Source: a virus
Length of the DNA: 64,000 bases
Reading direction: 5' to 3' (one strand)
IMG/VR virus record: IMGVR_UViG_3300027708_000057
Span: 10,354 to 74,353 of that record
The notes under the pieces were generated by a model, which worked only from the letters and a program-made list of their open reading frames with translations, made no database searches and had not been told where the DNA came from. Each line of letters begins with the position of its first letter. The stretch's first letter is position 1. Position numbers and translations under genes: made by a program. Of the stretch, positions 40,421 through 49,911 are shown one piece after another.

Positions 40421-41362
40421 TTATAACGACTTACACACGAAAGCTAGCGCTCTAACTGCCTCAGTTTCGAGAGGCCGATTTTTGTACCATCCACCAGTGG
40501 CTGTATCAATTTCCGAACAAAGAACAGCAATCTCGTGTGATGAAATTGGATACCCTCGGCGCATAGCCGATGATGCGATTGACACCATTATCTGATACAT
40601 CTTGCTATACCAACCTGTTTCTGATATATGTCGATATTCAGCAATGAGTGTATGATTGACGAAAGGACAATCTAAGTATGACTTCCAAGAATATGATGTA
40701 TTAGTCAGTTTCTCTTTTCGATATGCAATAATTCGTTCACGTATTTCTGGTGATAGACTATCCACTAATGAGTTTGAACTCATAGAAATGAATGGATGGG
40801 TTTCCATTAGCTCATTAGGATTAATCATAGAAGCATCCTTATGAGAGAATATGAATTGGTATGAATCTGGATATTGTGCCGGGATGTAGTACATTCTAGA
40901 TAAATCCTTTGTTTGTGGATCACTCAATGATTTAAATTCCTTATTCAATGCATATACGAAATGACGAATTTTATTTGCAGGAACAGATGATAGTAAAGGA
41001 AGTACTACTCGAAATTTTGGTTTTTTGTATGTACTAGAAGATGTTGAATAACATACAAACCTATTTGTTTTAAATACAGCAACAGCATCTTCAAAAGGTG
41101 TATCATAATTATCAACATCCATACATGCCCATGACGCCCATTCTAAAACATTTTCATTTTTTCGGGTAGTACCTTCTTTAAAGATAGCCGGAGTAATTAA
41201 AGGAGATGCATTTTTAATGCGCTCTCCCTTTTTAGGTTTATATCCTGGTTCTTTAGATAGGTTATACAACAAAGTCTCAAACATATCCCAGGAATTAAAA
41301 TCCATACGTCGATGGGTTTTATTATCAAAGATTGACGTAAAGATTGTTAATGAATACTTCAT
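40421..41362 (-). CDS. AEP-type primase-like protein
   Basis: MDVD, YSTSSS, KFRVVLPL and DPQTKDLSRMYYIP. Confidence 0.7.
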   Translation of the reverse strand: MKYSLTIFTSIFDNKTHRRMDFNSWDMFETLLYNLSKEPGYKPKKGERIKNASPLITPAIFKEGTTRKNENVLEWASWACMDVDNYDTPFEDAVAVFKTNRFVCYSTSSSTYKKPKFRVVLPLLSSVPANKIRHFVYALNKEFKSLSDPQTKDLSRMYYIPAQYPDSYQFIFSHKDASMINPNELMETHPFISMSSNSLVDSLSPEIRERIIAYRKEKLTNTSYSWKSYLDCPFVNHTLIAEYRHISETGWYSKMYQIMVSIASSAMRRGYPISSHEIAVLCSEIDTATGGWYKNRPLETEAVRALAFVCKSL

Positions 41363-41363
41363 A

Positions 41364-41870
41364 TTAGGTTGTATGATTTAGAGCAGTTTGAATTACTCCC
41401 AAGTTATCTTTATGACAAGGAGCCTGCCACCCAAACTCCTTGATAAGATCCGGTAATGAAAGTGGATTTGGTCTACTTGCTTTAATACCTACTTTTTTAT
41501 TCATATTAGCAATCAATACTTTATTCCAGGCTGTTCTAAAGTCAACTCCAAGAAGATCTAACGTGCCTACGGCAACAACAACGAGGTCAATAATGCTATC
41601 AACAACTCCGTCTCCATCTTTGTCATCAATCGCTTTAAACCCTTCTGTAACTTCCTCTTGAAGGAATCGGAAGCGGAATGAAATAAATTCCTTAAGTTGT
41701 TCTGGACTAAGTTTTTCCATCGCTTGATGAATACCATAATAAGAGTGCATAAGATTCATATCATCTTGTACTACTCCTGGATTAATAATACTATTCTCAT
41801 ATTCATCATTTCTGATAAATGCTTCTTTTTTGTAACCCCATTTTATTTGTGCTTGTTCAATTGTCATCAT
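41364..41870 (-). CDS. MazG-like/PRA-PH NTP pyrophosphohydrolase (candidate dCTPase)
   Basis: FLQEEVTE, VVDSIIDLVVVAVG, ANMNK and PDLIK..GWQAP. Confidence 0.8.
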   Translation of the reverse strand: MMTIEQAQIKWGYKKEAFIRNDEYENSIINPGVVQDDMNLMHSYYGIHQAMEKLSPEQLKEFISFRFRFLQEEVTEGFKAIDDKDGDGVVDSIIDLVVVAVGTLDLLGVDFRTAWNKVLIANMNKKVGIKASRPNPLSLPDLIKEFGWQAPCHKDNLGVIQTALNHTT

Positions 41871-41916
41871 ATAGATATTATATATTTTATTATAGTGTTT
41901 GTAAATATAAAAGATA

Positions 41917-42919
41917 TTAACAAAAGAAATCACTAAGATCAGATAATGGTATAGCCTTCCAGTTAATTGCGTCCAAAATTAATTGTAATGGGGAGATAAA
42001 TGTCTTTTCGAATAATAAATCTCTATCTACATATTTGTCAAGATCAAATTCTGTTGGAAGTTTATCAAGGAACGCAATTACGTTTTCTCCTGTAGGATTG
42101 CCTTTACGAAGGAAGATATATTTAATACGATCACCTCCTTTAATATATTGGTGCTTGTTTGTCAATCCCATAGTTTTTATTAAGTGATTATACATGATAG
42201 ATGCCCTACTATTCATAGGGGTTCCTTTGATATATGGAACTTTAATTCCATTTGCTCCTACCTTTTGAATATATTTTTTAATATTAGTAAGACCACGAGG
42301 AAATGCAATCTTTTCAATTGGTTCTTGTTCAAACTCTTCTCGAAATCGTTCCACCTCTGTCTGAATTTCCAATTCAGATGCTGCCATAAGAAGTTTAAAT
42401 AACTTTTTAAATTCAGTTCGACAAATCTTAGGTGTTGAAGATTTAATAGCCTCAATACCTTTCATAACAAGTTTAGGTTCTTTATAGACTACCCCTTCAC
42501 TTGAAATTACATTGAATATGTATCTTTTTTTCGCTTGGATAATTCCAACAGAACAAATTTTTTCTGTTTTCATAACCATAGTGTTCTTATATGTATTAAC
42601 TTTCAAAGCTAATTCAGAATATGCTTTTTCAATAACAGGTTCTAAAGCACTTCTTCCAAAATCTAAAAGAAATTGATGAGGATCTCTTGGCTTGCATTTA
42701 TCAACGACATCTCCGAGATGAGTGGCAATTGAATCAGTGTCGGACATAAGGATTCGATCATTAAAAGTAGAATCTTTTAATGAGGTTGATAAGAAATTAT
42801 TTACGGCATGTTCAGCTGTTTGTACTGCTAATTGACCAGATAACGTAATAGCTTCTGCAATGTCAATATTATAATATCGGAAAAACCTATTTGAAAATGC
42901 TCCATAGCAGGAATTTAAT
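41917..42919 (-). CDS. gp43B: DNA polymerase gp43B, exon 2
   Basis: Frame is open from 42918: LNSCYGAFSNRFFRYY...AEAITLSGQ...DTDS (motif C), KKRY, KGIEAIKSSTP and C-terminal clamp-binding LSDFF. Confidence 0.92.
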
Positions 42920-43164
42920 CATTTATGTTAAGTATGATTCGTTAATTTCATACTCAGTATTACTACTGCTTATAGTTTCCTATAAGATCAGACTATATCT
43001 TCAACTCAGAGAGTTGTCATGCGCTTCCACTCACTTGAGTGTACTCCTTACGGATAGTCGTTGCACCTTCTATTTCTAGCTTGGCTCAGGATTAGCATAT
43101 TAAAGCCTTCCCTGAATTCACATGAAGTTTACCTCTATATTGCTATAGAGGGTCCCATTAGTTT
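42920..43164 (-). ncRNA. group I intron (245 nt, no ORF) in gp43B motif B
   Basis: Exon ends in U and intron ends in G. P1 UCCU/GGGA, P10 UAAU/AUUA, P2 CCUCUAUA-GCAA-UAUAGAGG, P GAAUUCAGGGAA, Q AAUCCUGAGC, R GUGCAACGACUA, S AAGAUAUAGUC. Splicing restores KILLNSCYG. Confidence 0.93.
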
Positions 43165-43244
43165 AGGATTTTAAGACCCATTTGTTCATTATTAAGTCGA
43201 TCAATTTCAATTTCCAATTCTCTTTTTCTTTTTTCTATATTCAT
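43165..43244 (-). CDS. gp43B: DNA polymerase gp43B, exon 1
   Basis: MNIEKRKRELEIEIDRLNNEQMGLKI(L), the second fingers helix leading into motif B. Confidence 0.88.
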
Positions 43245-43446
43245 ATTATTTTGTTTACGTTTTTCAAAATGATACCTGGTCATATTGCTAACTTTACTAT
43301 GACAGTCGCAATGGGGACTTATCATTAACTTTAAATTTCTAGGATTATGCAGATACGGTGTGGTTTTTTAATATGATTTAGAGACATATCTGGGCATAAT
43401 ATGATGCTTTTATAAAAACACATCATACTAAATTCTCTATATGGGA
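43245..43446 (-). pseudogene. relic of an HNH (Mob-like) homing endonuclease
   Basis: One frame reads *KHHIMPRYVSKSY*KTTPYLHNPRNLKLMISPHCDCHSKVSNMTRYHFEKRK: an HHIxP..N..NL HNH start fused to a CPHC..M.RYHF tail. Confidence 0.7.
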
Positions 43447-44940
43447 TTATTTTAACAATTCTAATTCTTTCTGAGCTTCAATCATTCGTCTCTTTACAAG
43501 AACTCTATTCATATAGATATCTTCCATAAGAGCTCCAAGAAACCCCTGTTTATCTCGTTTAAAGCAACAACCATTTGCTGCTATTGCTAAGTTTTCCTCA
43601 GGAGACCATTGTTTTCTATCAATATTTTCTAATATCTTTTCTGGTGTAATTCCCGGAACTTTCATATGAGGTACAATAGTTTCTGGGCTCATATTATATT
43701 GAATGATAGTATTTGGATATAGACTATTTAAATCATATGTCATTACCCAATCAAACCGGCCTTTGTGAGCTTCTTTAACATAACCTCCTTCATATTCAGT
43801 TTTAAAAGAAACTTCATTTTGAGGAATTGCAATACGTTTATTAGCAAGATATCTAAAGATAATAGCATCCCAAATTGCAACAGTTCCTAATGTATCATTA
43901 TAATTAGTACCTGCATAATATGATAAAGTAAATACTAGATTGATTGTTCCTAGCTTTTCTTCAAGCTTTGTAATAAGTTCAATATCGACGAGATTGTATG
44001 AACAGTAGAAATCATAATCCTTTTCATATAGTTCAGTAAGATTTGAATAGCCAGATTCTCCATAATTAATCTTACCTTCTCCAAGGACGAGATCGGCAAT
44101 AAAATCTAGCTTGTGTGACTCTTGTTTACCGTAAGTATTTAAACTGAATTTAATAAATAAATCAAGATAATCTAATTGTTGAACTCCACTGATATCAAAG
44201 AATGTACAGTCCTTGCCAGTTTTATCTATCTTAGTTCTTTGAGAAATATTATTCCATGGAGATAATCTTTTAGCTTCATCTGATCCTAAAACTCTTGATA
44301 ATCGATTGATTAAATATGGAACATCATATAATTTTGTATTCCATCCAGTAATTACATCAGGTGTATTCATGGGGTCAGACCACCATGTAATAAAATCTGA
44401 TAACATTTCGTGTTCAGAATCAAATTCTCTACGCTCAAGATTAATATGAGGAACTAGAGACTTGTCTTGATCGAAATGTTTTGTCCCCCACTGAATATAA
44501 TGAGAATGAGTAGATGCTTTCAAACCGATGAGAGTAATTTCTTGATCGGCAACTGTAGACTCCGTAAATTCTCCCGTAGAAGAAACCATATTTTCTATAT
44601 CTAGGAAGCAAATCTCAATTCTGCTTGACTTAAATTGAATCTTATCTGGAAACTTTTCTTGAATATATGATATGATATGCCGATCATTTCCATAAATCTT
44701 AAAAGACTTGATATCTTCATAAGTCTTTTGAAAGTTTCTACAATCACTCATTGACTCAAATTTCATTTCTTCAACTGGTGTACCTTCAAGTGTATGCCAA
44801 AGAGTATCTGAACTTTTTGCTTCGAGATACATTGTAGGCTTATACTTGATTTTATTGTAAATCTTTCGTCCATCTGCATCATATCCTCTATAGAGAATAT
44901 TATTCATATGGCGGTCAACACAAGTGTAAAATTCAATCAT
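43447..44940 (-). CDS. gp43A: DNA polymerase gp43A (exonuclease, motif A, first fingers helix)
   Basis: FLDIE, GWNTKLYDVPY, YNLVD, YEGGYV and DLNSLYPNTI. Stops after RRMIEAQKELELLK. Confidence 0.95.
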   Translation of the reverse strand: MIEFYTCVDRHMNNILYRGYDADGRKIYNKIKYKPTMYLEAKSSDTLWHTLEGTPVEEMKFESMSDCRNFQKTYEDIKSFKIYGNDRHIISYIQEKFPDKIQFKSSRIEICFLDIENMVSSTGEFTESTVADQEITLIGLKASTHSHYIQWGTKHFDQDKSLVPHINLERREFDSEHEMLSDFITWWSDPMNTPDVITGWNTKLYDVPYLINRLSRVLGSDEAKRLSPWNNISQRTKIDKTGKDCTFFDISGVQQLDYLDLFIKFSLNTYGKQESHKLDFIADLVLGEGKINYGESGYSNLTELYEKDYDFYCSYNLVDIELITKLEEKLGTINLVFTLSYYAGTNYNDTLGTVAIWDAIIFRYLANKRIAIPQNEVSFKTEYEGGYVKEAHKGRFDWVMTYDLNSLYPNTIIQYNMSPETIVPHMKVPGITPEKILENIDRKQWSPEENLAIAANGCCFKRDKQGFLGALMEDIYMNRVLVKRRMIEAQKELELLK

Positions 44941-44955
44941 GTGTTATTATAACAT

Positions 44956-44996
44956 AAAGGGCTCACTCTGTAAATATCAAAGTGAGCCCTTTTTTA
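44956..44996 (-). terminator. terminator after hsp20 overlapping a gp43A promoter
   Basis: aaagggctcact...agtgagcccttt. TTTACA-17-TATAAT on the - strand spans the hairpin. Confidence 0.7.
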
Positions 44997-45009
44997 AGTT
45001 AGATTATAA

Positions 45010-45423
45010 TTAGTATTCAATTGCAATATTGCGCGGTTTCTTTTCTTCAGGAATTTCCAATTTTAAAGAAACTCCAAGAATACCATTCGCTAATGTCGCA
45101 TTTTCGACAATAACTTGCTCAGCCAATTTAAAAGATCGTTCAAATGCACGCGTACCAATCCCTTTATGAGAATAATTACGTTCATCTTTATCCGTCTTCT
45201 TGCCTGTTATAGTTAATGTGTTGTTTTTCACCTCAATGTTTAACTCATTCCCAGAGAAGCCTGCTACCGCAAGTTCTACGAGGAATTCATTGCCTTCATT
45301 TCCTATTCGCACAATATTATGTGGTGGATAGGATAAAGCAGGACCAACTGCGAGGGCTTGTTCAAATTCAGTAAAGAATCGTTCAAATCCGATACCGAAA
45401 TTACTATTGTTTATGTATTTCAT
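45010..45423 (-). CDS. hsp20: small heat shock protein Hsp20/IbpA-like
   Basis: SYPPHNI, ELAVAGF, HKGIGTRAFERSF, NGIL and IPEEKKPR. Confidence 0.95.
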   Translation of the reverse strand: MKYINNSNFGIGFERFFTEFEQALAVGPALSYPPHNIVRIGNEGNEFLVELAVAGFSGNELNIEVKNNTLTITGKKTDKDERNYSHKGIGTRAFERSFKLAEQVIVENATLANGILGVSLKLEIPEEKKPRNIAIEY

Positions 45424-45518
45424 TTTTAACTTCAATTTATGCTAGTTATTTTGTTGGTTATTCTACACATGACCCAAAGGCATCATATGTTTTATGACCG
45501 CAACAACACGATCAGAAA

Positions 45519-46424
45519 TTATTTCTTTACAAAATCCTTGAAACTCAAAAGCTTACGATTAGAAATGATCTCAAAGAAAGTCTTATTTTTTTCATTAGAA
45601 AGTTTGTGATAGCAAAATTCGACAGACGAATATATTGGAGTATAATGTAAAGTACTTTCTGCAGGAACTACCAATAAAGTTCCAGTTGTAACCATATCTC
45701 CTTTTTTAGGATCCCCGGTACGAATTGGATTCATGAAGGGATCCTTACTCGGGCTTTGGTTTAAAGCATCTAATAATCCCTTTGGGTTTGTTATATCATT
45801 ATCTCTCAAATAGTTATTTACTATTTTCCATCTTGATTCAGAACTTTCTCGGCATTTTTTGATATAAGGATCCTTAGAATCTTTTACATATCCTAACATG
45901 GGCATATCAATTCCATGATTAGTACGTACTGCATAATTAGCTTCCTTGGTAATTTCTTTTAGATTGTAAATATAATCCCTAGGATAATCTTTAGTTGCCT
46001 TCTTTTTTCTGATAGTAAAACCTCCTTCAAGAAGATAACATATGTCTCTATTAAAAATGAAGGTGGCTCCAGCTAATTGTTTATTAATCAAATATTCTGC
46101 AGCTTTCTTAGGATCTTTTAATAATAAAGCATTACGAATTGCAAGACCGTCTGGAGATATAATAGGTTTTTTGGTTTTCTTTTTCAATAATATTTTTTTA
46201 CCTTCCTTCTCATCATCAGCTACAGAAAAGGATGCAGATATAATTGATAAGCCTGTTTCATTTAAACCTTCAGTCCAACGAGTTGTCTGATCATCAATAT
46301 AAAGTCTTTGAATTGAATCTCTATTCGAATTAATGATTTTAATGAAACACGGATAATTTCTATCTCTGCATTTGGCTCCAACAAAACCAATATCTTTTAA
46401 AAATTTCACAGCAATGCAGCACAT
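45519..46424 (-). CDS. putative Ntn-hydrolase (N-terminal Cys) late protein
   Basis: MCCIAV, KCRDRNY, TEGLNETG and VRTNHG. Late promoter at 46431-46438. Confidence 0.6.
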   Translation of the reverse strand: MCCIAVKFLKDIGFVGAKCRDRNYPCFIKIINSNRDSIQRLYIDDQTTRWTEGLNETGLSIISASFSVADDEKEGKKILLKKKTKKPIISPDGLAIRNALLLKDPKKAAEYLINKQLAGATFIFNRDICYLLEGGFTIRKKKATKDYPRDYIYNLKEITKEANYAVRTNHGIDMPMLGYVKDSKDPYIKKCRESSESRWKIVNNYLRDNDITNPKGLLDALNQSPSKDPFMNPIRTGDPKKGDMVTTGTLLVVPAESTLHYTPIYSSVEFCYHKLSNEKNKTFFEIISNRKLLSFKDFVKK

Positions 46425-46447
46425 ATCTATTATTTATAAAAATAAGA

Positions 46448-46870
46448 TCATTTCTTACCTATTGAATATTTTACGCGAAATTCCCAATTACATTTATCTT
46501 TATGTGGTACAATCTTAATTTTTTTTAAATCTGATACTGGAACAGCTTTCGATATATCTGCAATTTTCAATAAATTCCAATCTTGTAAAAGAACTGCAAT
46601 GGTATTTCTGCGTGAAATATCTTCCTTAGTGATTGTAGTAATTTTACCATCTAGGGCAAACATCTCTTTAAAGGATACAATATAATAATGACCTCTCTTA
46701 TGAAGTATATGGCAACTTTGAAATAATACATTAGGTTCTCGTTTAGACTCAATACCTATCCTAGAAAGAGTTTCCTTAACTTTTAGAAAGTTATCGGGAG
46801 TTTCCAAAATAATTTCAAGCATTATAGAGGAAGACCAGTTTATAACACTATCTTGTGGAGAATGATTCAT
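46448..46870 (-). CDS. regA: translational repressor RegA
   Basis: DNFLKVKETLSRIG, QSCHILHKRG.YYIV.FKE.F.LDG and RRNTIA.LL.DW. Confidence 0.97.
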   Translation of the reverse strand: MNHSPQDSVINWSSSIMLEIILETPDNFLKVKETLSRIGIESKREPNVLFQSCHILHKRGHYYIVSFKEMFALDGKITTITKEDISRRNTIAVLLQDWNLLKIADISKAVPVSDLKKIKIVPHKDKCNWEFRVKYSIGKK

Positions 46871-47134
46871 AATAAGTAAATTTATTTATATGCAAAATTT
46901 GCATAGTTTTACTTACGATGTTGCTGCCGTCGATGCCTCGATTTTCTTGAAACTTTCGATGCTGCCCGTCTCTTAGAAAATCTCTTGGGAGATAAATTCT
47001 TTTTTGACTTGCATATCGGCTGAGCTTTGCTAAGTTTAATCTCAGGTTTGGAATTAAGATATTCCGAATTCATATGACTCCGACTATCTGTCGAGTTTGG
47101 ATCATATGTTTCTATCATAGTACTATTATTCATG

Positions 47135-47608
47135 CTATTGCTTTCCTCCTTTATCAACTCTTTTCCGCAACACAATCATCTGATCTTCCGTTAAACATGG
47201 CAACGCAGCACGAGCTTTTTCTGCACTATAATTATACAATTCCATTAGAACTGCAACATCTCCAGAATTATCACTTGCTTTACCCCATTTTGCAAATCTT
47301 TTTTTAGGTCGAATAGTATTCCTTAAAAATTCATATTGCATTTTATGAGGAAGACCTGGATATGAATTTAATACATTTGCAAGGAGAATAGTGTCTGAAA
47401 AATTTGAGAAATTTCGATTGATTAGAAATGAATTGTATAATTTCTCAATTTCAGTTTTTGCATTTTCAGATTGATCTGCTGAGCAATCCTTCATTAAGTT
47501 TTCACCCCGAATCCCTTCATTGATATTAAATACAATATCAAAAACTCCAAAAGATTTAATCTTCGGAGGAAGTTGAGACTTTTCCTCTACTTTCTTTTTT
47601 GCAGCCAT
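47135..47608 (-). CDS. gp62: clamp loader small subunit gp62
   Basis: YNSFLINR.FS...DTIL, MQYEFL...RPKKRF.KW and YNYS.EKA. Lies between gp44 and regA. Confidence 0.9.
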   Translation of the reverse strand: MAAKKKVEEKSQLPPKIKSFGVFDIVFNINEGIRGENLMKDCSADQSENAKTEIEKLYNSFLINRNFSNFSDTILLANVLNSYPGLPHKMQYEFLRNTIRPKKRFAKWGKASDNSGDVAVLMELYNYSAEKARAALPCLTEDQMIVLRKRVDKGGKQ

Positions 47609-47615
47609 GATATAA

Positions 47616-48569
47616 TTAGTGCTTCCAATTAATGCTTCCCATAATTTCTGTACAAGCCGCAACTAATTGTAACTCCTTATCAACTGTATTTTGTGACTTG
47701 AAACTATACTCTGCAAGAATTAGAACAGCACTAGGAATACTTGAAGCTTCAACATGTTCAGATAGAGCGTCATAGATTTTATGATATACAACTGTAGAAT
47801 CTAAACTTGAATTAGTTGCGACCCATGAACGCATTTTTCCAAAGTCTTTTGTTTTCAGATACGTAATAAGTTCACCTAAATTCTCATCAGAACTTCCAAC
47901 AAGAATATCAGATGTAATTTCCCCAGATACTGAATAACGTTGACATTCTCCCAAGACTCGACGCCAATCCGGAGCAAATTTAAGAATAAGTTCGACAAGG
48001 ATTTTATCATCAGCACATTTAATATTTTCAGTTTTGAGAATAAACTTCATGCGCTTCATAAACTGCTGAGCAAGAGATACGATATCTTTTTTTGAAGGAT
48101 TAAAATCAATTATAGTACAACGGCTTTGAATAGCATCTAAAATTTTACCTTGAAAGTTTGCGGTAAAAATGAAACGAGTGTTTAAAGCGAATGTTTCAAT
48201 ACTAGATTTGAGCGCCATCTGGAAGGCTGACGTAAGTCCGCAAGCTTCATCAATTATTACAACCTTAACGCCACCTCCAAATGAAACAGTTGATGAAAAT
48301 TGAGTTATCTTATTTCTAAGGATGTCAACTCCATTTTCCGAGGATCCATTTATGAAGATATAATCCAATCCCATTGCTTTACACATAGAAATTGCGCTTG
48401 CCGATTTTCCGCAACCGCTTTTTCCAACTAAAAGCATATTTGGAATATCCCTAGACTTTACTATTTCACTTAGAGTATTTTTAATGCTTTGTGGTAAAAT
48501 ACAATCCTCAATTATTTGCGGACGATATTTTTCTACCCACAATGATTCATTTAAGTTAATTTTTTTCAT
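47616..48569 (-). CDS. gp44: clamp loader large subunit gp44
   Basis: LWVEKYRP, GKSGCGKS, IIDEA, SRC and PDWRR. Confidence 0.97.
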   Translation of the reverse strand: MKKINLNESLWVEKYRPQIIEDCILPQSIKNTLSEIVKSRDIPNMLLVGKSGCGKSASAISMCKAMGLDYIFINGSSENGVDILRNKITQFSSTVSFGGGVKVVIIDEACGLTSAFQMALKSSIETFALNTRFIFTANFQGKILDAIQSRCTIIDFNPSKKDIVSLAQQFMKRMKFILKTENIKCADDKILVELILKFAPDWRRVLGECQRYSVSGEITSDILVGSSDENLGELITYLKTKDFGKMRSWVATNSSLDSTVVYHKIYDALSEHVEASSIPSAVLILAEYSFKSQNTVDKELQLVAACTEIMGSINWKH

Positions 48570-48632
48570 GTTTTGTATAAATAGATTATATATTAAGTTA
48601 TGTGATTTGTAAATAACCTTTCATATAAATAA

Positions 48633-49585
48633 TATATACCCGAAGGTTTAACATGTAAAGATCCTTATGTTTATGGGATACGACACAGACCGTCCATGGA
48701 ATTATATATAGAATCTAAATATTCAAAATTTACATGTGATTCTTCAATATTGATGATGAAATTTGGATATTTAACATCATCAGAATATATCAAAAAATAC
48801 ATTGAAAGGGACGGATTAGATTCATTTGAAATCTTATTCATTAAGCATTTTGCAACAGGTCCTGAAGCTATTGCATATGAAACATGGTCTTTTACAACAG
48901 TTAATGCCGCAAGACATCCTAGATATACAAATAAATCCAATGGTGGTATTTCATTTTATTGTATAACTCGTACCGAAGAGGCGAACCGCAAAATTACAGA
49001 ATTTCAAAATAACAGTCCCTATTGGACTAATGGAACTGTAAACAAGCGAGCGAGAACATCTCCCGGACCTGATTTTTATAAAGGGTTTACTACATCAGAA
49101 GATTTTCATACAAGATTGCATGATATTAATATAGATATGATCTTATGGACTAATGGTACTATATCAACATATTCAAAAGAGTGTCCAGGTCCTGATTATA
49201 TTAAGGGTCACCATGATCGTGAAAATATAAATCAAAAACAGAGTAAAGCTAAACAGGGTATGTTAGTTGGACCAATGGAACTATTAATAAATTTTGTATA
49301 GAATGCCCCGATTCTAATTATATATTAGGAATTACAGTGTCAGAGGCTTCTCTAGAAATAAGAAGAAATAAAAAACTTAATATAAGATGCTGGAATAATG
49401 GGATAATTAATATAAGCTCACTTGATTGTCCAGGAGAGGATTTCTCTTTAGGTAAGATAGTTTCAATTGAAGAAAATCAAAATAGAGCCAAAGCTAGAAA
49501 AGGTAAAAAACTCTATGATAAAGAAGGTGAGGGTCAACAATATTTCTTTGAACAACCAGAAGATACGGCATGGGTTCTTAGATAA
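48633..49585 (+). pseudogene. decayed Seg-like GIY-YIG homing endonuclease
   Basis: PYVYGI...LYIESK (YIG>YIE), YLTSS, YTNK.NG and four W(T/N)NG..CPG repeats. No ATG, frameshift near 49266, late promoter at 48624-48631, opposite strand to neighbours. Confidence 0.75.
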
Positions 49586-49598
49586 TCAAAATAAAAAA

Positions 49599-49629
49599 AC
49601 TCTTGAAAGACATAATGATCTTTCAAGAG
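49599..49629. terminator. hairpin between convergent genes
   Basis: ctcttgaaaga-cataatga-tctttcaagag. Confidence 0.65.
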
Positions 49630-49644
49630 GCTATTTCGTATCTT

Positions 49645-49905
49645 TTAAGGCTGCGGCTTCGTAATCGCAGAATATAACTCCTTAACTTCTCCAACTTCAG
49701 CTTCAAACAATGCCACAGTTCTACTGTGAAACAACTTTGCTACCTTTCGCAGTGTTTTCTTTTCTAGCTCGAACGCCGCCGAACTTGTGTCAATGATCTC
49801 CTTAATTTGCTCTCTCGCATCGTCAATCTTCGACATCTCTAGAGAGATTTCACGAATAGAATCAAGAATTTCTTGGTTCTTTTTAGGGTCTGTTAGATCA
49901 ATCAT
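49645..49905 (-). CDS. dsbA: DsbA-like double-stranded DNA-binding protein
   Basis: I.EIS..M.KID...EQIKEI...KTLRKVAKLFH...FEAE..E..ELY. Confidence 0.7.
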   Translation of the reverse strand: MIDLTDPKKNQEILDSIREISLEMSKIDDAREQIKEIIDTSSAAFELEKKTLRKVAKLFHSRTVALFEAEVGEVKELYSAITKPQP

Positions 49906-49911
49906 ATATGT

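Noticed and set aside
42891-43079. 62-aa + strand ORF
   Set aside because: Antisense to the group I intron core, with no coding signature.
43245-43446. Split intein or second intron joining gp43A and gp43B
   Set aside because: No intein blocks at either end and no group I core elements. The gap translates to an HNH relic.
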